DNA from: Candidatus Thalassarchaeaceae archaeon | GTDB taxonomy: Archaea; Thermoplasmatota; Poseidoniia; Poseidoniales; Thalassarchaeaceae | Length of the DNA: 64,000 bases | NCBI GenBank assembly: GCA_029250605.1 | Contig: JAQXEZ010000001.1 | Coordinates: 2,498-66,497, forward strand | Direction of reading: 5' to 3' | Shown here: piece after piece, positions 18,985 through 27,600 of the stretch | How positions within the stretch are numbered: the stretch's first letter is position 1 | How the letters are laid out: each line of letters begins with the position of its first letter | Program-made: the position numbers and the translations under genes | The notes under the pieces: model-generated | Told to the model about the DNA's origin: nothing | Databases searched by the model: none | Seen by the model: only the letters and a program-made list of their open reading frames with translations

Positions 18985-21396
18985 TCAAGCACCCCCTGAG
19001 ATTCCTAGTCCTGGAATCCTGGTTCTTTCCTCTAGATACCTTAGGAATAGAGCCAGTGTCCAAGTGATTAGGAAGTAGGACACTAGTACCATCCCCCATG
19101 TCCAGAATACTTGGAAAGTAGTCGCTACGATCAACTTGCCCTGCCTAGTTATTTCCGCATAACCTATGATCATAGCCAAAGATGAGTTCAGCACAAGATT
19201 GACCATCTCGTTACCCAATGGCGGGATGCAAATCCTTACTGCCTGTGGCATTACTACCAGTCTCATTGACTGCATATAGTTCAGGCCTATGCTCCTTCCT
19301 GCCTCCATCTGTCCAGAAGGGATGGCAGCAATCGCTCCTCTGATGGTTTCGCACTGGTAGGCTCCCGAGTTCAATCCTAGTGCGAAGATAGCGCTAATGT
19401 ACGCCCTATCTTCTAAGATTCCACCAACCGGACGCCCATAGGCAAGGGATTCCGGATTGGTCTCGTAGACAACGAAGATGTCCGTGAGGAAGTTCGCATT
19501 TCCCTGTAGGTATTCGAAGTTCAATAGCATTAGCCCTGGGTCCTGCATCCGCCTGCCCAGCTCGAATCCGAAGTGGATGAACATGAACTGCACTAGTAGT
19601 GGGGTATTGCGGAAGATATCTGTGTATGCCGTAGCGATTGCGTTTAGTGGCCTAATCCCCCACGGGTTTAATGAGAATTCTGACTTCCCCATCTTTAGGT
19701 CACGAATCGAGAAATTCCCATTGCAGGAGAGGAAAATCCCCCCTAGGATTGCTATAGCCAGTCCGACAATAATCCAGAAAACAGATGCCGGAGCCCCAAT
19801 CGGGGAGTATATATGCTCCCACCCATCTAGATTGAGCGCACTAATTTCATCAAGATTGGAGAGGATCCGGTAGACTCCGAAAACAAACAATATCATCCCC
19901 ACAACTCTAATCGCGAAAATGTTCAGCGGCTCACTAGCCGCAATCTCTGCTGACTTGCCTTTTATGGAAATCAATATTTTTTCGAGTTTGATAGGGTTTT
20001 CAATAGTCCGGTATTTGCTTCCGATCCCATAATGCCCGATGATATTTAGAACCGAAATGGGAACTTTCAGGATGACCCATAATGGACCTAATGTAGCCAT
20101 AACTAGTAATTGGAGAAATTGGTAACGGTTGGTCTGCGCGACGTTCTTCAGAGTGGTCGGGGAGGTCTTCAGCATCGAAAGAACGATTCCTAGTGAAAAT
20201 CCCATAATTATCCCGAAAAAGACGATTTTGGCGGTTGCAACCAGACCGTCCATCAGCCTCTCTTTGGAGTAGTCGACGAATTGCCCAAAGTCACCGAAGT
20301 CAGCAACCTCGAATCCAATGAACTCCTCCGAACCAGCATTTTCAGTCCTGAGAATGGCCCCTCCATCGCCTACTACAACTCCTGTGAAGCCATCTAGCAT
20401 CGCAAATGCATTGAAACCAGTTTCGTTCGAAACCGGAATCATCTGTTGTGAAACTATGTTGCCTCCATCTTTGCTCAGAGACAAGTAGCCATTCGGTCCG
20501 GCTAGCATAATCTTGGACTGGGATAGAACTTCCAGTGATGAAGCATCATTGTCAAGCTCGGTGCCTCCGGCAACGAACTCATTTCCACCTCCTGCGGGAT
20601 ACTCCCTTTCTATTTCCACTATGTTCCAGACGAAACCTACTGCTAGGTTACCTTCTCGGGACGATTTCAGTATATGCCCATCCTCGGAGATTGCGTATGC
20701 TCTGATGGAGCTATAGTACTCAATGCCAATGATATCCACTGCGGATAATTCCCCAGGGGCATCCCTGTAGTCCCAAGATGATCCTCCATCATCTGTAGCG
20801 AGAATAGTCCCATTCTCGCCCGAAATAATACCAGATTCTTCATCTAGAAAAGAGACACTAAGAAGATCATTCGAAAACCCGATCGAACGATTAATCCACT
20901 CATCGCCGTCAAATTCCCATATCTCCCCATTTTCTCCTACTGTGACAAACTCCTGGCTCCCTTTGAGAGCCACATCGTTAATGAGAAACTGACCAGGAAA
21001 AATTGGAATGTCCTGGTTGCTATCATCTTCGCCATTCCCAATGTTCTCAAGAATAATCAGTACTCCTCCATCGGTCGCAATTAGTATTGAATCATATCCT
21101 GAATCGGAATGCGACCATTCGTGACTCCCTGTGGAGTCCACTTCCCATGTTATGCCCTCGTCGAGACTCCTTAGCATAACCCCTTCATCTCCGAATGCCC
21201 AAATCTCACTGTTGATCGCCTCAGCGGTGTTCAAATTGGCATCGGGCCCCCCATCAACTCGTTCCCATCCACTCCTAACTTCCTGGGCCAAAACCCCACT
21301 GAACGATATCAATAGGAGGAATAGAGCGATCGGCAGAAAAATATTGGAGCCCTTGGGGAGCCTTCGCTCGCTCTCGGTAGATGCTTCCAGCGTCAT
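18985..21396 (-). CDS. Fusion protein: secreted Asp-box (BNR-like) beta-propeller domain plus an expanded polar amino-acid ABC permease
   Basis: 803 aa. Signal IFLPIALFLLLISFSGVLAQE. Asp-box-like SLDEGITW and TDDGGSSW sit in the first ~370 aa. The C-terminal part carries the HisMQ-type permease core (FRNTPLLVQFMFIHFG, LNSGAYQCETIRGAIAAIPSGQMEAGRSIGL...MRLVVMPQA). About 150 aa with extra hydrophobic helices are inserted after the first permease TM. Confidence 0.8.
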   Translation of the reverse strand: MTLEASTESERRLPKGSNIFLPIALFLLLISFSGVLAQEVRSGWERVDGGPDANLNTAEAINSEIWAFGDEGVMLRSLDEGITWEVDSTGSHEWSHSDSGYDSILIATDGGVLIILENIGNGEDDSNQDIPIFPGQFLINDVALKGSQEFVTVGENGEIWEFDGDEWINRSIGFSNDLLSVSFLDEESGIISGENGTILATDDGGSSWDYRDAPGELSAVDIIGIEYYSSIRAYAISEDGHILKSSREGNLAVGFVWNIVEIEREYPAGGGNEFVAGGTELDNDASSLEVLSQSKIMLAGPNGYLSLSKDGGNIVSQQMIPVSNETGFNAFAMLDGFTGVVVGDGGAILRTENAGSEEFIGFEVADFGDFGQFVDYSKERLMDGLVATAKIVFFGIIMGFSLGIVLSMLKTSPTTLKNVAQTNRYQFLQLLVMATLGPLWVILKVPISVLNIIGHYGIGSKYRTIENPIKLEKILISIKGKSAEIAASEPLNIFAIRVVGMILFVFGVYRILSNLDEISALNLDGWEHIYSPIGAPASVFWIIVGLAIAILGGIFLSCNGNFSIRDLKMGKSEFSLNPWGIRPLNAIATAYTDIFRNTPLLVQFMFIHFGFELGRRMQDPGLMLLNFEYLQGNANFLTDIFVVYETNPESLAYGRPVGGILEDRAYISAIFALGLNSGAYQCETIRGAIAAIPSGQMEAGRSIGLNYMQSMRLVVMPQAVRICIPPLGNEMVNLVLNSSLAMIIGYAEITRQGKLIVATTFQVFWTWGMVLVSYFLITWTLALFLRYLEERTRIPGLGISGGA

Positions 21397-21486
21397 GTTG
21401 CCCTATCACTCGCTGGACTCCGAGGATTTAGTCTAGCCGACCATCATGACCTAGATTCCCACAAAGAATGCCATTGGGCAATATTG

Positions 21487-22425
21487 ATGGGGGAAATCTC
21501 TCTGATGGTGCTTATGGGCGAATTATTGTACAGTGGGAAGGTAAAGCAGGTATGGAGCACAGAAGATCCAGATGTCATTGAATTCAGGTACACCGATCAG
21601 ATTTCCGTCTTCGATCAGGTCATTCCCAGTCTAATACCTCGGAAGGGAGAATCACTGAATCGGGCCTCCTGTCACTGGTTCGGGTTGATAGAAAAAGAGG
21701 AAATTTGCAAGACCCATGTAATCGAGATGAATGCTCCCGACAGGGTCCTTGCAAGGCGCTTCGACGTCATTAGGGAGCCAGGTGCTATTTCCAAGGACGC
21801 TGAGAACTTCTTCGTCCCCTTGGAAGTAATTTGCAGACACTACCTCGCCGGAACTGCTTGGAGGAGGTACCAGAGGGGAGAGGCCTCTGCAGAGCAGTTT
21901 GGATTCGACTCGGGAGACGTCCTTCACGAGGGGGCGAGACTTCCTGAGCCCTTCCTAGAAGTTTCCACCAAATTCGAGAAATTCGATCGTAACCTTGGGA
22001 GGGGGGAAGCGTTGGAAATTTCCAATCTCGATCCTGGGGAGTTGGACGCTATTCTGGAAATTGTTCTTGAGGTGGACTCTGTTATCGAACGCGAGACTTC
22101 TAAGAGGGGCCTAATTCATGTTGACGGAAAGAAGGAATTTGCATTGGGGTCGGGAAGGGAACCGATCCTGATCGACTCTTTCGGGACATTGGATGAAGAT
22201 CGATGGTGGGATGCAGAGGCATACGAGGAGGGGGAGATAGTCCAACTTTCGAAGGAAGCAGTAAGGAAGCACTACATCGAAACTGGCCATCATGCTGCGC
22301 TTTACGAGGCTAGGCAGTCAAACACCGATGAACCTCCAATACCTGCCCTACCAGATTCCATAATTGAAAGTACGGCTGAACTATACGCAAGTATGTTCCA
22401 GCGCCTCACTGGAGAGGCACTCTGA
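21487..22425 (+). CDS. purC: Phosphoribosylaminoimidazole-succinocarboxamide (SAICAR) synthase
   Basis: LLYSGKVKQVWSTEDPDVIEFRYTDQISVFD matches the PurC N-terminal block. The start is ambiguous (TTG 21484, ATG 21487, 21505 or 21514). The stop overlaps the next start (TGATG at 22423-22427). Confidence 0.88.
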   Translation: MGEISLMVLMGELLYSGKVKQVWSTEDPDVIEFRYTDQISVFDQVIPSLIPRKGESLNRASCHWFGLIEKEEICKTHVIEMNAPDRVLARRFDVIREPGAISKDAENFFVPLEVICRHYLAGTAWRRYQRGEASAEQFGFDSGDVLHEGARLPEPFLEVSTKFEKFDRNLGRGEALEISNLDPGELDAILEIVLEVDSVIERETSKRGLIHVDGKKEFALGSGREPILIDSFGTLDEDRWWDAEAYEEGEIVQLSKEAVRKHYIETGHHAALYEARQSNTDEPPIPALPDSIIESTAELYASMFQRLTGEAL

Positions 22426-23321
22426 TGGGGACTCATGAGTACGAAGATGACCCTAGAAACGAGACGGTACTAATATCCGTTAATGGAAAAATACTCCCTC
22501 GTAGCGAAGCCATGGTCTCCGTCTTCGATGCTGGATTCCTCCTGGGTGACGGTGTCTGGGAGTCATTCAGACTCCATGAGGGAAAACTCGTATTCATTGA
22601 AGAACACATGGATAGGCTCTTTCGCGGAGCTTCAGAGATCTCTCTTGACCCGGGCAAGTCGAGGAATCAGATTTTGGATGAAATCGACAAGGTAATCTCA
22701 GTGAACCAGATGCACGACCAAGTCCATCTGCGACTGATAATTTCCAGAGGTCTGAAGCCCACACCATACCAAGCACCTTGGGTAATCTCATCACCTCCAA
22801 CCATTGTCATCATTCCAGAGTACAAGGAAGCAAACCCCATGAGGGCAGTCGAAGGAATCAGTCTAGTCTCCGTGGAAGTAAGAAGGAGCGGACCCGAGAT
22901 TCAGGATCCAAGGATTAACAGCCTTTCCAAGCATAACTGCATTGCAGCTTGCATTGAGGCGGCCGAGAAGGGAGGAGATGAGGGTCTGATGATGGATCCT
23001 AATGGCTTTGTATCTACATGCAACTCAACGCACTTCTTCATGGTAAAGGGGGGCGAGGTCTGGACCTCGTCTGGAGAGTATTGCTTAGAGGGGATAACCA
23101 GGGGCAAGGTATTGGAGTTATGCGAGAGTAATGGGATCCCCTTCTCTGAGGGGGACTTCACATTCGAAGATGTGAATTCAGCCGAAGAGGCATTCGTAAC
23201 TGGGACGTTTGCAGGACTAACTCCAGTGGTTTCATTCGACGGAAGTCCAGTTGGAGATGGTAAGAGGGGGCCAATGTGCGAACAACTCCAGAATCTATAC
23301 CAGGATCTCGTTAGGGGTTAG
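22425..23321 (+). CDS. Class IV (fold type IV) PLP aminotransferase, of the branched-chain or D-amino-acid aminotransferase type
   Basis: 298 aa. VFDAGFLLGDGVWESFRLHEGKLVFIEEHMDRLFRGA is the typical IlvE/DAAT N-terminal block. LEGITRG lies near the C-terminus. Confidence 0.85.
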   Translation: MGTHEYEDDPRNETVLISVNGKILPRSEAMVSVFDAGFLLGDGVWESFRLHEGKLVFIEEHMDRLFRGASEISLDPGKSRNQILDEIDKVISVNQMHDQVHLRLIISRGLKPTPYQAPWVISSPPTIVIIPEYKEANPMRAVEGISLVSVEVRRSGPEIQDPRINSLSKHNCIAACIEAAEKGGDEGLMMDPNGFVSTCNSTHFFMVKGGEVWTSSGEYCLEGITRGKVLELCESNGIPFSEGDFTFEDVNSAEEAFVTGTFAGLTPVVSFDGSPVGDGKRGPMCEQLQNLYQDLVRG

Positions 23322-23349
23322 TGCCTTGTCTGACGGGGTAAAAATAGCA

Positions 23350-24060
23350 ATGTGGTCCGGTCCACGGAACATCTCCACTGCGATGATGTACGCCTTCGAC
23401 AATAGAGTAGACTGCCATGCCACTGATGAGCCACTATATGCGAACTTCCTAATGTCCACAGGGACCCATCATCCTGACGCAAAAGTGGTGATGGAGAACC
23501 ATGAGACCGACCTCGGCCAAGTAATCTCACAAATCACAGGCCCAATACCCGGGGGAAATCCAATCTGGTATCAGAAGCATATGTGCCACCATGTCATGGA
23601 CGATTCTGACATCTCATGGATCGGCGGGTTAACCAACTGCTTCCTAATCAGGGATCCTCGTGAGGTACTGCTTTCACTGTCTAAGATAACCGACTCAATC
23701 GATCTGAGGTCGACTGGCCTCCCACAGCAGATCAGGATAGTGGAATACGTCACTGAGGAGTTGGGATTGGACCCTCCAATTCTTGACTCGAAGGAAATCT
23801 TAGAGAATCCTGGTGCCTTACTAAGGAAACTGTGCGATTCGGTAGGGATCAAATTCGATGAGAAAATGCTGTCATGGGAGCCCGGACCAAGGAATTGCGA
23901 CGGAATCTGGGCGAAGTATTGGTACGCTTCAGTGTGGGCGTCTTCAGGATTCGCCGCACCATCTCCTAGAGAGGGGGAATTGAGTATCAATCTCTCAGAG
24001 GTCCTGGATGAGGCCATGCCATTATATCACAAACTCCGGGAGATTCGAATTTGTGCCTAG
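23350..24060 (+). CDS. Sulfotransferase-like P-loop family protein
   Basis: MWSGPRNISTAMMYAF, YQKHMCHH and CFLIRDPREVLLS resemble the stand-alone sulfotransferase-like family I recall from marine bacteria and algae. ATG 23350 is preferred; the track start 23251 would overlap the aminotransferase by 71 nt. Confidence 0.6.
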   Translation: MWSGPRNISTAMMYAFDNRVDCHATDEPLYANFLMSTGTHHPDAKVVMENHETDLGQVISQITGPIPGGNPIWYQKHMCHHVMDDSDISWIGGLTNCFLIRDPREVLLSLSKITDSIDLRSTGLPQQIRIVEYVTEELGLDPPILDSKEILENPGALLRKLCDSVGIKFDEKMLSWEPGPRNCDGIWAKYWYASVWASSGFAAPSPREGELSINLSEVLDEAMPLYHKLREIRICA

Positions 24061-24683
24061 GAATGCCTTCTCATCATTATCCCACATTTTCTTTTGCTCG
24101 CCGATCTCAGGAATACCAGCAGGTGTCTGAAGGCATCCTGAACCCCTCCGTCCAGTGGCTCATCCGACTTCACTGACCAACCTCCTCGCTCTATCTCCTT
24201 CCTCAGATCTCTCACATCTGCGGAGTCTAGCCAACCAAGTAACTCGATACCGCCTGCACCCTCGCTGAATCCGGATTGCCCCATGACCCCTTCGCTCAAA
24301 CCACTCGCTAGCTTTCTCAGAAGGGAATGAAGGCCAGACTCTCCCTTGCCCTCTATCGTGAATTCGAGAAGGTATTCTATCGCATTGCCGTCATTGCTTG
24401 GAAACCTCCCCAGGCGTTCTCTCGAATGGCCTCTGTCTAAGGCTCTCGGGGCACCGCCTCCATCCTGCCAATCCAGTGCCGAGATGAATAGCGATGTGGC
24501 TCTGTCAATCGGCGATGGGTCACCCTCTCTCAATTCAGGCAGCACGCCAAATCCTTCCATGAGTCCCAACAGATCTTCGTGGCTCCCTGTCATCGAGTCG
24601 TTTATGGCGCTAATCAAGGAGTCAGGCGCCAATCTAATTGGGTCGAAAGTATGGAACGAAGAAGGGCGAATGTAGCTCCCCAT
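24057..24683 (-). CDS. Hypothetical soluble protein
   Basis: 208-aa ORF lying 15 nt downstream of, and co-directional with, the FG-GAP giant gene. No recognised motif, signal peptide or TM helix. Confidence 0.45.
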   Translation of the reverse strand: MGSYIRPSSFHTFDPIRLAPDSLISAINDSMTGSHEDLLGLMEGFGVLPELREGDPSPIDRATSLFISALDWQDGGGAPRALDRGHSRERLGRFPSNDGNAIEYLLEFTIEGKGESGLHSLLRKLASGLSEGVMGQSGFSEGAGGIELLGWLDSADVRDLRKEIERGGWSVKSDEPLDGGVQDAFRHLLVFLRSASKRKCGIMMRRHS

Positions 24684-24698
24684 GATTCGTAATATTAG

Positions 24699-27600
24699 CT
24701 ATCTGTCAAGAAGCCTTCTGAGCCTCTGATCATACTCATCCCCATCCTCGACTTCTCCCTGTCGGACGAACTCCACTCCATCGCTATCCGGTTCTTCGAC
24801 CTCATCTTCAAACGATTGTTCAGTCTCTTCAGGAGTCTCGGACTCATCGTTATCGCCTTTTGGCACGTTCTTTGACATCTTCTCATCTATCGCTGCCTGT
24901 GCCAGGGCCATAAGTCGCCGCCCTTCCCTACGATTACTAGCGATCCAAGAAATGCCGAGGTACATTCCAACGACAAGGATGGCCACAATCAAACCTGTTC
25001 CGAACTCATCGAACTTGTCCTCCAACGCCGAACCGCCGCTAAGGACAAGGCTAGTCTCGTCGTCACCAGGGTCTGAATCCATGTCCCATGGGAATGAGCA
25101 ACCAATGGTCACAACCAATTGAGTCCCATCTTCCACATCCGGCCTATCGAATTTAGGAGCCGGCACGAATGCCTGGGTCATGTCGATCACATGCTCTGAG
25201 AAGTAGTCTCCAGCACTCATTGTGATGGTGCAGTCGGCATCGACCAAGACATTCTCGTTGAGTCTCTTTGTTCCGATGTTGATCTTCTGACTCGAACCCT
25301 CCCCTACCAATTCCACGACCCCAATGCCGACGTTCCAGTCGCTTCTTCTGACATCGAACATTTTTTCTTCTGATATGATCAATGCTCCCTTTCCGTCTAG
25401 CAGACGGATGCCGATGCTCCTCTTACCTGGGTCCGGGTTCCAATCAGAACCGCTAAGGTTGATGGATTGGGCGGTTTCGTTCTCCGATAGGATGCCGAAA
25501 CTGGAATCCAGAACAACTCCGTCATCCCCAATAAGCAGAATTTGGAATTCAAAAACCTCGCTTCCATTGGATATCGAGCATGATGCACGCACGTCTTCGA
25601 AACCACCCGAAAATGAGCAAATTGCACTTCTGGGCTCTGACTTAGAAATTGTCAGAGAGTAGCTAAGTGTAGTACCTCCGTCAACAGTCAGGCTTCCATT
25701 TGTTGTTGACTCGGCGGAGAGAAGCCACCCCATGCCACCCCACTCCAGTTGGTCTCCGGAAACCTCGTCGATCAATATTGAATTCTCACTTGTCCCATGG
25801 ACCCTGATTAGCGCATCGTCCCCCTCGTAGGAGAACAAGTACGGGGAACTCTCCCACGAGTGCTCGTTAAACTGGGCCTCTAGGGAGATCTCCCTCTGGT
25901 TTCCTATAGTGTCCATGGCCAAGATTCTGACACTCTCGCCGTCATCGCTCCAATCCTCGTCAGGAACGATCTCAATCGGAACGCCCCTAACTTCCCCAAC
26001 TCCGAGTACAACTCTCATGGCTCCCCTTGTTTCCCAATTAGGAGGTAGATCTAGTACTTGGAACTCTATTGTCGTTGGAGTGTTTCCTGTGTTCGCAACC
26101 ATTGCGTTGGGAAGCCCACCCAGGGGCGAAACGATCCAAGGTCCCGAACCCTCCATCGAGAAGTTGAACTCCGAAGACACCCTCAGGGGCAGGGTGATCT
26201 CCATTAGCCCAAGGGAGTCGCCCTCTCTCACCCTAATGTGCAATTCAACAGTCTTGCTTGGCGTAGCCGTTTCTGGAGGGGTGACATTGAATGCCAACGT
26301 AGTCGAAGAGCCTGGTTCGACTTCCGGCAGATCGTTCAATCCATCGATCAACCACCCGTTCTGGCCAGAAATATAGGCCGAAACGAAGGGCGTACTCGGA
26401 GTATTTCCTTCCTGAATTATCTCGATTTCTACCGACGAGCCATTGGCGTCTATTTCCAAATCAGCCATAGATGAGGAGATCCTCCAACCGGGGATCCTAG
26501 AAACTTCGACGAAGAAGTGGAATTCCATTACCACTTCATTCCTGGCATCAGCGATTACATCCACTCTCATAATTGACCCATTCCAGGAATCTTCAGGGAC
26601 CGAAGCGGAGATTGACAGTGACTCGGTCCCGTTGACCGCAACTCCAGTGGAAGAGCTTCCATTTGCTTTCCAGTCCTGTGATGAATCCGAACCGATCAGC
26701 AACAACTGGGTTTCAACAAAGAGAGATAGGTCATCAACCAAGTTCCCCGTATTTGTGGCATTTATCGACATTGTCTTGCTCTCTCCCGGAGATAGAAGGA
26801 AGGTCGAACCATTGATTGGAGAACCATCTTTCACCAGGTCAATCTCCCATCTATGGTCCTGCCTGACTTCGAAAACCACCACTTCCTCCTCAGACACCGT
26901 ATCATTACCCTGCGAAGTCATGGTGAAAGAGATGGAAATGGGAATCCTGGCTGGTGCGTCTTCAGACAATGTCACGCTAACTGGCACAGTCCTGAGGCTA
27001 CCTGCACCAAGTTCAACGGGGTTGCTGGAGAAAGAAACCTCAATCCCTGGGTCGGAAGTGATGTTCTCATCGAGGATTAGCTCATAGGAGAGTGAGTATG
27101 CATCATCGCCATTTCCAGGATTCTCAAGACGTAGTACAACCAGGTTAGAGTCTTCAACGTCCACTACGAATGGCTGTGTTGTGGGGGAGTTGATTTCCAA
27201 ACCAGCTCGGTGAATCTGCAGAACCTCGATTGAAAGGGCCAATGGCGACTCAGAACCCGCCGTCCCCCCACTGCCCTCAAAGAGATGGAAAGAAGGCCGA
27301 GCATCCTCTGGAAGGTCAAGCGAAAGCGTCCCACTAACTCTCGAACCAGGATTCCCAGATAGGGAAATCACATCCCCCGTGACTGATAGATGCCCGTTCC
27401 CGGCCCATGACCAGCCTTGGATGGCCATCTCAGAATCGGCCAGTGACCAATTAACATGGCCATCTCCCTCGGGCAAGTCTGCCAATATCTCCCAAGTCAG
27501 GTTCTGAGTGGGTACGGATCTGATGTGGCTTGGTTGTACGACTGATCTAGAAGCAACAAACTCTAGTTGGATCTGACTGCACTCTTGCTCTTCCCCAGAG

